Notes: a model not told the origin generated them from the letters alone. A stretch of 64,000 bases of DNA from a bacterium (GCA_965233585.1 CBDDTI010000745.1:448001-512000); one strand, 5' to 3'; positions 1 to 9,407 are shown, counted from the stretch's first letter. A program made the numbers and translations.

Positions 1-60
1 GCCAACCAGATTTACCTAATGCAAGAAAAAGCAGGAGTCATTCAAATCATTGCTCCCTAA
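1..60 (+). CDS. 3' end (partial, runs off window) of a DUF3782-like / PD-(D/E)XK family gene or remnant
   Basis: Frame 1 reads ANQIYLMQEKAGVIQIIAP-stop, homologous to the C-terminus of 58823..59503 (EEGIYLFQEQAGELQVITS). Bases 1-54 are identical to 61053-61106. Confidence 0.7.
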   Translation, partial: ANQIYLMQEKAGVIQIIAP

Positions 61-150
61 CAGCTTAAACTTCCTTCCTTACTTCACACACCCATAACTT
101 TTTCTGACTCCTGATTTTCTCTTTTGCCTTGCCACGACTTTTGTTCTTTG

Positions 151-306
151 AGATTCCTGCTTTCGCAAGAATGACAACTATTGTCATTAAGTGCTTGACA
201 CCAAATCTCAAACGCTCTCCGTCATTCCGCACTTGATGCGGAATCTTAAAAACAAGAGTCCGAACACTTTCAAAAAAGAGAGATTGCGGGTCAAGCCCGC
301 AATGAC
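151..306. repeat. Palindromic REP/RPE-like (dRS3-like) element: a complete bipartite unit at 221-306 plus a half unit at 151-175
   Basis: GTCATTCCGCACTTGATGCGGAATCT...AGATTGCGGGTCAAGCCCGCAATGAC has two hairpins and GTCATT/AATGAC inverted termini. The upstream AGATTCCTGCTTTCGCAAGAATGAC is a second right half. Confidence 0.75.
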
Positions 307-509
307 CAAAAAAACAAATCCGCAGTGACGACTTGAGTTTGACAGAATAACGACTTGAGCTTGCTAGCTTCCCCTCAAATTTACTTCTTTTTTCAACTTT
401 TTTGAAAAATTTTTAAAACCCCTTAAATTTTTTTCAAAAACCCTCAAACCCCCGTCTTTCCTAACCTCCCAGTCTGATCCTTTTTCAACTTTTAAAAATT
501 TTGGCATTG

Positions 510-809
510 TTAATTAATAAGTGATAGCTGATTATTCCGTTTTGCCATGAACAAAAGAACAGAATATTGTAATGCTTTAAGAGACTTGCTGTAACATTTG
601 GTTTTCCTTCTCATTCTTGCCAAGAAATGTCTCAAGAGAGAATTATACCCTTCTACCGTGTATGTTTCTGCCTTGGAACATGTATGAATTTCTTTGGGAA
701 TGACTTGTTTGTAAGCCTTGCAGTGATCAGTCATCACCTGAAGAGGTTTTGTTTCCTTGACCTTGTCCCATAAATGCCTACAGGCTTTTGAGTCTCTGTT
801 TCCAAGCAT
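510..809 (-). CDS. insB: IS1 InsB-like DDE domain, fused to InsA by -1 frameshift
   Basis: VMTD..AY and ETYTVEGYNSLLRHFLARMRRKTKCYSKS motifs typical of IS1 transposases. Confidence 0.88.
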   Translation of the reverse strand: MLGNRDSKACRHLWDKVKETKPLQVMTDHCKAYKQVIPKEIHTCSKAETYTVEGYNSLLRHFLARMRRKTKCYSKSLKALQYSVLLFMAKRNNQLSLIN

Positions 810-1192
810 ACAATTGATAAATTGCTTCCCACGTCTATCAACAGCAATCCAGAGCCAGCAGTAGTTTTTTTTGACTGGATGTAGGTGTACATTTCATCAA
901 TTTCCATAATTTCAATGTCTGTGTCCTTTCTTAATGCCTTGAGCTGTTCGCCAAAACTACAGACCCAATTATAAACTGAAACATGAGAACAATTCAGCAA
1001 ACGACCGATTGACCTGAAACCAAGACCCTCCAAATACAACTCTAATGCTCTTCTTTTGATCTGTGGTGAGATTTGACCACGATAGGACTTGGTATATTGA
1101 TAGTTGCAGGCATTGCAACGCCTCCTCGGTTTACCATATAAAAAACCATTCTTAACCGTCTTCTCACTTTCACATCTAGGACACGACTTCAT
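734..1192 (-). CDS. insA: IS1 InsA-like protein (Zn ribbon + HTH), N-terminal part of a frameshifted transposase
   Basis: CPRC...CNAC zinc ribbon, ALELYLEGLGFRSIGRLL HTH, and EIDEM just before the QSKK slippery site. Confidence 0.88.
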   Translation of the reverse strand: MKSCPRCESEKTVKNGFLYGKPRRRCNACNYQYTKSYRGQISPQIKRRALELYLEGLGFRSIGRLLNCSHVSVYNWVCSFGEQLKALRKDTDIEIMEIDEMYTYIQSKKTTAGSGLLLIDVGSNLSIVCLETETQKPVGIYGTRSRKQNLFR

Positions 1193-1261
1193 TGCTACAC
1201 CATGACTATCAATTCAATTAAATGAACTTAATATCGCATATCACTTATAGTTTAACAATAC

Positions 1262-1495
1262 CCTAAAATCCAAAACCTAGCTTTTACAAAAAAGCTGGGT
1301 TCTTTTCTTCTCACTCTCAAGGTTAAAGATTTTGTTTTTCAGAAAGATGGACTCAACGTTTACTCTTCGTTGACGGTCAATTTGATTGTGACAGAATCTG
1401 ATGTTGGCATGGGTAAAATGATGGGAAAAGTAGGCGGGTCAGTCGTTACAACCACTTTGACAGTAAATTCTCCTGGGTCTTCAAAAATAAATTAG
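1262..1495 (+). pseudogene. 3' remnant of an unknown gene abutting the IS end
   Basis: A reading frame with no upstream start is open from the IS terminus (PKIQNLAFTKKLGSFLLTLKVKDFVFQKDG...NSPGSSKIN-stop). Confidence 0.4.
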
Positions 1496-1540
1496 AACTG
1501 CGTCAGGTCTTAACGTAAGGAAGTCTTAGACGGGGAGACT

Positions 1541-1710
1541 AAGCTGATTAAAGTTGACTTTAAAAGCGAACTCGCAACCAAGCAAGATGTTCAGAATATC
1601 AGAGATGGGTTGAAAGAGGTCAAAGATGACATTCAAAATGTCAGAGATGAGCTGAAAGATGTTAGGAATGAATTAAAAAAGATCCCCTATTAAACTGGTA
1701 GCATGATGCC
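1541..1710 (+). pseudogene. DUF1640/CCDC90-like coiled-coil gene remnant
   Basis: Reads ...ELATKQDVQNIRDGLKEVKDDIQNVRDELKDVRNELKK (LATKxD motif plus heptads), followed by a frameshifted KL-GSMM-like tail. No start codon. Confidence 0.55.
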
Positions 1711-1760
1711 GATATTGAATTTCTCCAAAACTTTTGTGAACAGAAAATGAAAGGTATCAC

Positions 1761-2288
1761 CTAAAGAGTTAACTTATCAAAGAGTTGTTGTGCAGGTTCA
1801 AACCCAAGACTTGCTGCCTTTTCTGCACATTGAGACGCCTGCTGAATTTGACAGGTTGCATGATAAAGCATTCCCAAGTTATACCAACTATGCGCAGAGC
1901 TTGGAAACTTCTTGACAAGTTTTGAAAAAATATCAATCGCTTTGTCATATTGCTTGTGCTTGGCTTGCCAAATACCCCTTGCAAAAGCTTTGTTGATACG
2001 GACTAAATCTATTCCTTCCTCTTCATTGATCTCATTCCATTCATCAATAATATTAAGATGTTCCTCTTGACTGGTCTTTTGTGATGGAATTTGCTGTTGT
2101 AATCGCTGTTCATACTCGTGACGTTCTCGCAACAGAATTTGCTCATGTTCCTGACTCAATTCAATTTGCTTTTGCAAGGTGACACAAATCTTTTGTGAAT
2201 CTTTCAACAATTTTCTGAGCTGTTTAATCTGTTCTTTTTGAATTTTAATTTCTCGTTTCAGGGTTTTTACCTCGTGTTCTTCTGTCAT
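1761..2288 (-). CDS. Coiled-coil + tetratricopeptide repeat protein
   Basis: N-terminal heptads and C-terminal TPR pattern (YDKAIDIFSKLVKKFPSSAHSWYNLGMLY). Confidence 0.8.
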   Translation of the reverse strand: MTEEHEVKTLKREIKIQKEQIKQLRKLLKDSQKICVTLQKQIELSQEHEQILLRERHEYEQRLQQQIPSQKTSQEEHLNIIDEWNEINEEEGIDLVRINKAFARGIWQAKHKQYDKAIDIFSKLVKKFPSSAHSWYNLGMLYHATCQIQQASQCAEKAASLGFEPAQQLFDKLTL

Positions 2289-2297
2289 AACTCTGTT

Positions 2298-3380
2298 TTA
2301 TGAGAGTGAAGTTGTTCCTATCATTTCGCTGATATGCCGAACCCCATCTTGCTCTAAAAGTTGAATCAAACCTTGATGAATTTTTTGAACAATCGCAGGT
2401 CCTTGGTAAATCATACTTGTATAAATCTGAATCATTGATGCCCCTGATAAAAAACGTTCATAAGCATCTTGTGCTGTTCTGATACCACCAACTCCAATGA
2501 TGGGCATCGTTGGAGGTAACGCTTGATAAAAAGTCCGTAAGACTTCATTTGCTCGTTCTTTGAGAGGTGTTCCACTCAAGCCACCTGTTTCACCACAGAA
2601 TTTTTGGGTTCTCAACCCCTCACGTGAACATGTCGTATTGGTTGCAATGATTCCGTCAATCGCTTTGGATTTGACAAGAGATGCAATATCGCTGAGTTGA
2701 TTGTCTGACAAATCTGGCGAAATTTTGAGCAAAATGGCTGTGTTGCTTTGTTGTTTTGTTTTAGCAGAAACGACGGAGTCTATCAAATTTTCAAGCAAAG
2801 AGGCTTCTTGAAGTTGCCTCAAGTTTTCAGTATTTGGTGAACTCACATTGATCACCACATAGTCTGCAAGATGTTCTACTGCGCAAAATGCCTTCACATA
2901 ATCGTCAACAGCAGACTCAAGAGGAGTGACCTGATTTTTGCCAATGTTAACGCCCAAGACTCCTAACGGTTGATGATTTTGCAGACGCTTGACCAATGCC
3001 CGAACCCCTGAGTTATTGAATCCCATGCGGTTAATCAATGCCTCATCTTGAGTCAAACGAAACAAACGAGGCTTGGGATTACCCGATTGAGCCAAAGGTG
3101 TGACTGTGCCAACTTCTACGAAACCAAAACCCAACGCAAAAAACGCATTAAACGCCTTGGCATCTTTGTCAAGACCTGCTGCTAATCCTAAAGGATTTTT
3201 AAACTTCTTGCCCCAATATTCTACCTCAAGCTGAGGATATGATTGACAATGCAAGGTATTCAATAACTTTAATGCTGGCTGATATTTTGAGAATTGTTGA
3301 AGCAACCAAAGAGTCTTGTCGTGGGCAGACTCGGCATCTTGCATGAATACAAATGGTCTAATTGCAGAGTAAAAGGACAT
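2298..3380 (-). CDS. pyrD: Dihydroorotate dehydrogenase (quinone), class 2
   Basis: NPLGLAAGLDK, GNPKPRLFRL, INRMGFNN, NVSSPNT and GGLSG motifs. Confidence 0.97.
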   Translation of the reverse strand: MSFYSAIRPFVFMQDAESAHDKTLWLLQQFSKYQPALKLLNTLHCQSYPQLEVEYWGKKFKNPLGLAAGLDKDAKAFNAFFALGFGFVEVGTVTPLAQSGNPKPRLFRLTQDEALINRMGFNNSGVRALVKRLQNHQPLGVLGVNIGKNQVTPLESAVDDYVKAFCAVEHLADYVVINVSSPNTENLRQLQEASLLENLIDSVVSAKTKQQSNTAILLKISPDLSDNQLSDIASLVKSKAIDGIIATNTTCSREGLRTQKFCGETGGLSGTPLKERANEVLRTFYQALPPTMPIIGVGGIRTAQDAYERFLSGASMIQIYTSMIYQGPAIVQKIHQGLIQLLEQDGVRHISEMIGTTSLS

Positions 3381-3616
3381 CAGTTTGTTCTTGAATCAAA
3401 CAAGGATTGAGAAAACGTCATCATCTTTTCTTGAGTCAATTCATGGGAGTCATCAGGATAGACATCTTGAAAGATTGTAAAACCCAACATATTCCATGCA
3501 ACCAAACCTTCCTCTACGGTCAATTCTTCATCTTCCATGACTTGCAAAAAACCCCTCACAGCTTGTTCTACCTTCAGCCTGCGTTTGGCATCGTCTAGTG
3601 GTGATTGTTCTGACAT
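3380..3616 (-). CDS. Hypothetical protein
   Basis: 78-aa ORF packed between argH and pyrD, with its stop overlapping the pyrD start. Confidence 0.75.
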   Translation of the reverse strand: MSEQSPLDDAKRRLKVEQAVRGFLQVMEDEELTVEEGLVAWNMLGFTIFQDVYPDDSHELTQEKMMTFSQSLFDSRTN

Positions 3617-3619
3617 CGT

Positions 3620-5113
3620 TTAAAAGCTCCATTGTGAACATTGATGATATGCGTCATGGATCACCTGTTGACGCTTTTGGATAGACTTCTGCACCGCTTG
3701 AAATTCATTATCAAGTGAATCCAGATGTTTTTGGATTTGACTTTGTGAAGGCGATCCAGTGTGTTGCCTGCGGTTGATGACAAACTCTGGATCACCCCAA
3801 AGCTCAAGCTCATTTTGAGGAATATCCGCTTGTAACCCCGATTCTTCCAATGCACGGCTCAATGCCTCTGTGGAAAGTTTCCCTGTTTTTTCAGAATATC
3901 TGACAGCATTGGCAAGAATATGATAGGCATCTCTAAAAGGAAGGTTCAATCGTTGCGCAAGCAAATCTGCCACGTCCGTTGCATTCATAAACCCTAAATG
4001 ACACAGATCTTTGGCACGTTCGCCATTGAATTTGAGGCTGTCAAAAACTCCTGACAGGATTTGAAATGCAGGCAAGCACTCACGAATGACATCAAAAACC
4101 AGATATTTGGATTGTTGTGAGTCACGATTGTAACCGCTCAAGCTAGCCCGCTGAGCACCCATGATGCTGAGAAGCGTCCCTTGAGCATAGGCTGCTTTGG
4201 ATTTAATCACTTCTGCAAAATCTGGGTTTTTCTTCTGTGGCATGATAGAAGACCCTGTTACGAATGCCTCATCAATTTGCAAAATTGCAACGTAGGGAAA
4301 GCTCAAAATAATTAAATCCTGTGCAATCATACTCAAGTGATTCATTGCAAAGACATAAACTTGCACCAACTGTGCTTCACTTTCACCACGTGAAGAAATG
4401 CAATCTAATGTATTCACTTCTACACCATCAAATCCAAGCAAGTGAGCTGTCATTTCTCTGTCAATATTCCAAGACGAACCAAACGACGCTGCCGCCCCCA
4501 AAGGACATTGATTCAAGATTTGGTAGCATGCAGCCGCTCGCTTACAGTCTCTCAAAATGGCTTGTAAATAAGAACAAAGCCAGTGTCCCCAAGAAGTCAG
4601 CATCGCAGGTTGGTAGTGGGTAAAGCCGGGCAAAGTTTGTTTGCCATCGCTGCTGGTAACGCACTTGAGCAGGATTTTTGCCAAATATTCAATTTGGGTC
4701 TCCAAATTTAAGCATTCTTGACGTAAATAAAGCCTTAAATCACAAGCGACTTGGTCATTACGACTGCGAGCTGTGTGAAGTCTTCCACCAACATCAGCCC
4801 CGCAATGCTCAGTTAGAAACGATTCAATGTTAATATGGACATCTTCTTTGGCAGGATCAAGCTCAAATTGATTGTCTGAAATCAGCTGTTCAAGTTTTTT
4901 CAAACCTTGAAGTAAAGAGTTTGCAGTAGTGTGAGAAATGATGCCCTGCTTAGCCAGCATGATAGTATGCGCCCTGTTTGTCCACAAATCGTAAGGCATC
5001 AAAAGGGTATCTGCCATAGGCAGTGCCGCAACGTCTCTTCCCGCACAGAACAAAAGATTTGCTTCATTAGGAGAGACAGAAAGATGCCCTCCCCAAACTT
5101 GTTGAGAGTGCAT
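3620..5113 (-). CDS. argH: Argininosuccinate lyase
   Basis: WGG, EDVH, LHTARSRNDQ, PGFTH and GSSIMPQKKNPD signature. Confidence 0.95.
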   Translation of the reverse strand: MHSQQVWGGHLSVSPNEANLLFCAGRDVAALPMADTLLMPYDLWTNRAHTIMLAKQGIISHTTANSLLQGLKKLEQLISDNQFELDPAKEDVHINIESFLTEHCGADVGGRLHTARSRNDQVACDLRLYLRQECLNLETQIEYLAKILLKCVTSSDGKQTLPGFTHYQPAMLTSWGHWLCSYLQAILRDCKRAAACYQILNQCPLGAAASFGSSWNIDREMTAHLLGFDGVEVNTLDCISSRGESEAQLVQVYVFAMNHLSMIAQDLIILSFPYVAILQIDEAFVTGSSIMPQKKNPDFAEVIKSKAAYAQGTLLSIMGAQRASLSGYNRDSQQSKYLVFDVIRECLPAFQILSGVFDSLKFNGERAKDLCHLGFMNATDVADLLAQRLNLPFRDAYHILANAVRYSEKTGKLSTEALSRALEESGLQADIPQNELELWGDPEFVINRRQHTGSPSQSQIQKHLDSLDNEFQAVQKSIQKRQQVIHDAYHQCSQWSF

Positions 5114-5114
5114 T

Positions 5115-6446
5115 CTAAAATCCTAGCTTACTTAAAAGTTCATCAACTGACTCTGTCTCACTTTCTGCGACATTTGATGTTTCAGCAATAGCGCAAACAC
5201 TTGTTGATTCCAAATAAAGCTGTTCAAAACTCTGAATCAATGCTCTGTCGGTAGAAGTCTCTTGTCTTTGTTGTCTGGGGCTACAAGAATCTCTGGCAGC
5301 TCTCACATATTCTGCAATGAGATGATTGACTTTACCAATCCACATCAAAGAATTTTCACAAACTAGATACCAAAAATATGCCTCATCAAACTCGCTCTTG
5401 AAAACACCTCGTCTTTGAAGGTATTCACTGGCTTTGATGGGTTGAATCATTTCACCATCAAAAAATGATTCCAAAAACTCTTCTCGTAAACACAAACTAC
5501 GATAGACACCTGATTGCTCCAGTGCATTCCATAAGTCCAACGCATAATCTGAAAGCCCTAATGGTTCAGGTTGTGTGACAACAGGTGACTCTATAGCTTC
5601 TACATAGACAGGAATTTGTTGAGCTTCTATGGCAAGACGATTGAGCAAAGAAAACATGAGTCGGTTCAGATTTTCAATCTTCCCCATTGCATGAAGTTTT
5701 GCCATCTCAATATAAATTTCTTTGGTGTTGACGTCTCCTAAACTTTTCAATTTAAGAGAATCTACTTCAATACTTTCACTTTTCAATAGCTCTCGCAAAG
5801 TGATACCAACAGAAATATCAGGGTGCAACTCGTTATTGAAGAATTGATTGAATAGCAAAATAGACAATCGTTCCTTTTTAAGCGTAGCAGAGTATTTTCT
5901 GATACTGATTTCTTTTTGTTTGAGCTTGTATTGGTCATGGATCAACCTTGCAAGACGTTTGCTTAAAACATCACCAAAAAGAGAGTACATGATGGTATTT
6001 TGTGAATATTCTGGAGCATTGTTCCTTTTTTCGGAATTTTCCAAAGCATCAATGACATCTGGTAAAGAAGAAAGGTCAATGCCTAAAAGCAATGTTTCCC
6101 CTAACGATTCTGCTGTTGCTCCTCTTGGTTCTCCCAAAATACATCGTTCTCCAAACAACGTGAAAGGTTTGTGCATCATGTCTATTTTTTCCTCTACGCC
6201 CTCATCATTTTTTACAAAAATGTTCAACGCTCCATCAATTAAAATATAGATTTCTTGATCAAACATACCTTCTTCAATACATCGCTGTTTATCAGAAAGT
6301 TTGACAAATTTAGCATATTGAAAAATTTTGTGAAGTAATTCATCAGGGGCATCTTTGAAAAGGTCGCACTGGTGCATGATGCTAACAAATCGTTCTTGTC
6401 CATGTGCAAGCGTGTTCTTTAAGTAGTTTGTTGCTGGTGTGTCCAT
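5115..6446 (-). CDS. Cyclic nucleotide-binding domain protein with unknown C-terminal region
   Basis: N-terminal CAP-type fold (IEEG...IYILIDG...FGE...EPRGATA). Confidence 0.8.
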   Translation of the reverse strand: MDTPATNYLKNTLAHGQERFVSIMHQCDLFKDAPDELLHKIFQYAKFVKLSDKQRCIEEGMFDQEIYILIDGALNIFVKNDEGVEEKIDMMHKPFTLFGERCILGEPRGATAESLGETLLLGIDLSSLPDVIDALENSEKRNNAPEYSQNTIMYSLFGDVLSKRLARLIHDQYKLKQKEISIRKYSATLKKERLSILLFNQFFNNELHPDISVGITLRELLKSESIEVDSLKLKSLGDVNTKEIYIEMAKLHAMGKIENLNRLMFSLLNRLAIEAQQIPVYVEAIESPVVTQPEPLGLSDYALDLWNALEQSGVYRSLCLREEFLESFFDGEMIQPIKASEYLQRRGVFKSEFDEAYFWYLVCENSLMWIGKVNHLIAEYVRAARDSCSPRQQRQETSTDRALIQSFEQLYLESTSVCAIAETSNVAESETESVDELLSKLGF

Positions 6447-6469
6447 CGTCTATTGGTCTTGAAAAGTTA

Positions 6470-6485
6470 TGGCATTTGGTTTGCA
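6470..6485 (+). promoter_or_regulatory. Sigma54 (-24/-12) promoter of flgB operon
   Basis: TGGCATTTGGTTTGCA has GG-N10-GC spacing and ends about 45 bp upstream of the flgB ATG. Confidence 0.7.
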
Positions 6486-6530
6486 TTTGAATCGCTAGAT
6501 TATAACACAATCCCTGAAGCTGAACAAAAA

Positions 6531-6947
6531 ATGTCAAACTTTCTCAACACCAAGTTATTAACACTTGCAGAAAAATCTCTTGACTTTAGAACCAAACGAC
6601 AGGATTTGCTTGCATCAAACATTGCCAATAAAGACACCCCAGGATACCAAGCAGAAGATTTAGTCTTTGAAAAAAATCTAAAGAAAGCACTTCATGCAGA
6701 CCAGCCCGGTCCTTTGAAAATCACGGACGTTAGACACATGGACGGCAACGACACGCCACCACTTCAAGTGACTGAAGCCCAAAGGATCCGCAGCGCTGCA
6801 CCTTTTGTCAACTTTAATGGCAATACAGTAGACTTAGACAAAGAGATGTCAAAAATGGCAGAAAATCAGCTCATGTACAATGCGACAACTCGGGTGATTT
6901 CGCATCAGTTCAGGGCACTCAAAACCGCTATTTCAGAAGGGAGGTAA
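6531..6947 (+). CDS. flgB: Flagellar basal-body rod protein FlgB
   Basis: RQDLLASNIANKDTPGY and NGNTVDLDKEM. Likely start is ATG 6531, not 6453. Confidence 0.96.
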   Translation: MSNFLNTKLLTLAEKSLDFRTKRQDLLASNIANKDTPGYQAEDLVFEKNLKKALHADQPGPLKITDVRHMDGNDTPPLQVTEAQRIRSAAPFVNFNGNTVDLDKEMSKMAENQLMYNATTRVISHQFRALKTAISEGR

Positions 6948-6950
6948 TTT

Positions 6951-7400
6951 ATGAGCTTTCTCGCATCAATGGGCGTCAGTGTTTCAGGAATGGTCGCACA
7001 ACGGCATCGTGTCAATACCATTTCTGAAAATATTGCCAATGCACAAACAACAAGAACCCCCGAAGGAGGACCTTACAGACGCAGAGAAGTTGTCTTTGCC
7101 GCTGTTTCAAATGACCGCACCTTTGAGGAAGAGCTAAAAAATCAAGACCGTTCTGTCTCAACAAATACAGAAGTCAAGGTCGTTGGAGTCGTACAGGACA
7201 ATCGGGCGCCCATTTTAAAGTATGAGCCTTCACACCCTGACGCTAATGCTCAAGGTTATGTTGAGTATCCAAACATCAATGCGATGGAAGAATCTGCCAA
7301 TCTGATGCTGGCATCGCGTTCGTATGAGGCAAACATTGCGGCATTCAATGTCTCTAAAAGTATGATTCAAAGTGCCTTAGACCTCAACAAACCTGTTTAA
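6951..7400 (+). CDS. flgC: Flagellar basal-body rod protein FlgC
   Basis: ENIANAQTTRTPEGGPYRRR, YEPSHPDA, ASRSYEAN. Confidence 0.97.
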   Translation: MSFLASMGVSVSGMVAQRHRVNTISENIANAQTTRTPEGGPYRRREVVFAAVSNDRTFEEELKNQDRSVSTNTEVKVVGVVQDNRAPILKYEPSHPDANAQGYVEYPNINAMEESANLMLASRSYEANIAAFNVSKSMIQSALDLNKPV

Positions 7401-7436
7401 AATAGATTTTTTTGAATTTCAAATCAGGACAAAACC

Positions 7437-7742
7437 ATGAGTCAAATGATTAAAAACAACGTTGTTCCAAATTTAACGCTTCAAAGAAATGTAGAACAAA
7501 ATCATTCTTTTCAAGCAAAGTCTGGGGGGTTATCAAACACCTTTTCCGCACTTCTTAAAGAAGTGAATGAGCAACAACTTGAAGCAGAAAGAAAGCAAAC
7601 AGAGTTCCTGACCTCTCCAAATAAAGACGTTCACGGAACAATGATTGCGATGGAAAAAGCTGATATTTCTCTCAAAATGCTTTTACAGGTCAGGGGGAAG
7701 TTGGTTTCTGCTTATGAAGAAGTGATGCGTATGCAAGTTTGA
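7437..7742 (+). CDS. fliE: Flagellar hook-basal body protein FliE
   Basis: DVHGTMIAMEKA...QVRGKLVSAYEEVMRMQV. Confidence 0.96.
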   Translation: MSQMIKNNVVPNLTLQRNVEQNHSFQAKSGGLSNTFSALLKEVNEQQLEAERKQTEFLTSPNKDVHGTMIAMEKADISLKMLLQVRGKLVSAYEEVMRMQV

Positions 7743-7779
7743 TGGTAAATGAAACGATGTGGGTCAATTTGTTTTTAAA

Positions 7780-8781
7780 TTAAAAATAAAACAAAAAATT
7801 TGCGTGAATGTCTTGTGCAAAAGGAGCATTTCTTCCCCTCAAAGGGTACGAAGTGCCTAAACGCAACAAAAATGGAAGGGACGTCTTGCCTTCTTCCAAA
7901 TCAGACAGACTCCCCCAACCTACTCTTGCTTTGACGTTCCAAAGGAAAGAAGGGTCTCCTTGATCTTCACCTGCAATTTTGGTAGAGTCTTTCTTCCAAT
8001 AATCAGTTCCTGCCCCTGCAAAAAAATTTGAAAATTGAACGCTGGACTCATACTTGAATCCCAGACGGAAACCTTGTTTGTATGATCCCTTGACACCTGT
8101 CAAAGTCTCTCCTTGCTTTGTCCAGTCTTGGCTTGCTGAAAGTTTTAAGTTGTGCCTGACTCCATCAGCGAAAGGAAACCAGCTCCAGTGCAACAACGTT
8201 CCAACTCCCCTAAATTCACGACTTGACTCAACAGGCATGATTCCTATCGGTTCTCTATTCTCAGGGTACTCTATTCTCATTGCCCAACGAAAATAAAAGA
8301 AGTCTGTCTGCGTTAGGAGTTGAGTGATTTTGAACTGAATTGCACCAAGACCTGATGTCTCTTTTGATTCCAGATTTTCAACAGCCTTTGACAACTGCTG
8401 TTGGTCTTCTGATGAAACATTGTCAGCATTGACAATCTCCAGTGATGAGCTTTGCTTGTCACGCACGATGGGTATAGCCATTTGAAGGAACCAATTTTTA
8501 GAAAGACCATAGTTGATGCGAAGTGTAGTAATTTCATCAGTTCTTTCAAATTTTCCCTCTAGTTGGTCACGGAAAGATTGTGAGCGAATCAAAACTTGGT
8601 ACAAAGGTTTGACATGACGGTCTCCATCAAATGCCTCGTCATATCGCATCAATTCATAGTCTAATTTGACTTTTACAACTCCTTCAGGAATCGCTTCCTC
8701 TGTTTCAGATGCGAATCCTAATTGATTCATAAACACTATCAAACACAAGGTTTTCCTTAAAAAGGATTTGATGTTTTTCAC
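7780..8781 (-). CDS. Putative outer-membrane beta-barrel protein
   Basis: Signal-peptide-like N-terminus, alternating aromatic strands and terminal YF. Likely GTG start overlapping the maf stop. Confidence 0.6.
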   Translation of the reverse strand: MKNIKSFLRKTLCLIVFMNQLGFASETEEAIPEGVVKVKLDYELMRYDEAFDGDRHVKPLYQVLIRSQSFRDQLEGKFERTDEITTLRINYGLSKNWFLQMAIPIVRDKQSSSLEIVNADNVSSEDQQQLSKAVENLESKETSGLGAIQFKITQLLTQTDFFYFRWAMRIEYPENREPIGIMPVESSREFRGVGTLLHWSWFPFADGVRHNLKLSASQDWTKQGETLTGVKGSYKQGFRLGFKYESSVQFSNFFAGAGTDYWKKDSTKIAGEDQGDPSFLWNVKARVGWGSLSDLEEGKTSLPFLLRLGTSYPLRGRNAPFAQDIHANFLFYF

Positions 8782-9365
8782 TCTTTCCAATTTGCCCAAC
8801 CTTTTTGAATTAAATCTTGTAAAATTTGCCCCATTGGAAACCCAACAACATTATCAAACGCCCCCTGTATCCATTTAACAAATGCCGAGCCTAGACCTTG
8901 AATTGAATATGCTCCTGCCTTGTCAAATGACTCACCTGTTGCAAGATATGCCTCAATCCACTGCTCATTCATTTGATAAAACATGATTTTCGTTTCAACT
9001 ACATCAACAACCTGTTGACTTGAGGAGGTAAGACAATAACCAGAATAGACATGATGTATGCCTCCGTTTAAACATTTTAGCATTGTTTTTGCTTCTTCAT
9101 AGTCTTTGGGCTTGCCGAATATTTTTCCATCTTTCACAACAACGGTATCTCCTGCTAGGACTAACGATTCAGGATAACGTTTTTGTGCTTTAAGAGCTTT
9201 GTCTTGAGAAAGCCTTGCGACATAGTCTTTGGGAGATTCATCAGACCCTGCTGTTTCATCAACGTCAGGGGGATAGACTTCAAATTGGAATCCATAATAT
9301 TTCAATAGATCGCTCCTTCTTGGAGAACTGGAAGCAAGACAGAATGGAAGAGTCTGCTCAATCAT
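8778..9365 (-). CDS. maf: Maf family nucleotide pyrophosphatase
   Basis: LASSSPRR, DTVV...GKP, DKAGAYSIQG. Confidence 0.95.
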   Translation of the reverse strand: MIEQTLPFCLASSSPRRSDLLKYYGFQFEVYPPDVDETAGSDESPKDYVARLSQDKALKAQKRYPESLVLAGDTVVVKDGKIFGKPKDYEEAKTMLKCLNGGIHHVYSGYCLTSSSQQVVDVVETKIMFYQMNEQWIEAYLATGESFDKAGAYSIQGLGSAFVKWIQGAFDNVVGFPMGQILQDLIQKGWANWKE

Positions 9366-9407
9366 GGGGGATTGAAAGAAGAATTAAGGTGTTGTCTAAA
9401 TGGCTCA

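Larger units (their letters stand above)
503..1262 (-). mobile_element. IS1-family insertion sequence, copy 1 (760 bp)
   Basis: Terminal inverted repeats GGCATTGTTAATTAATAAGTGATA / GGTATTGTTAAACTATAAGTGATA. Overlapping InsA- and InsB-like ORFs with an A8C slippery site. Near-identical to 58041-58800. Confidence 0.93.

Noticed and set aside
380..502. A/T-tract region with repeated TTTTTCAACTTTT as an origin or regulatory array
   Set aside because: Low complexity with no DnaA-box cluster seen, so a function cannot be supported.
6453..6530. N-terminal extension of FlgB
   Set aside because: It contains the sigma54 motif, and FlgB homology starts at ATG 6531.
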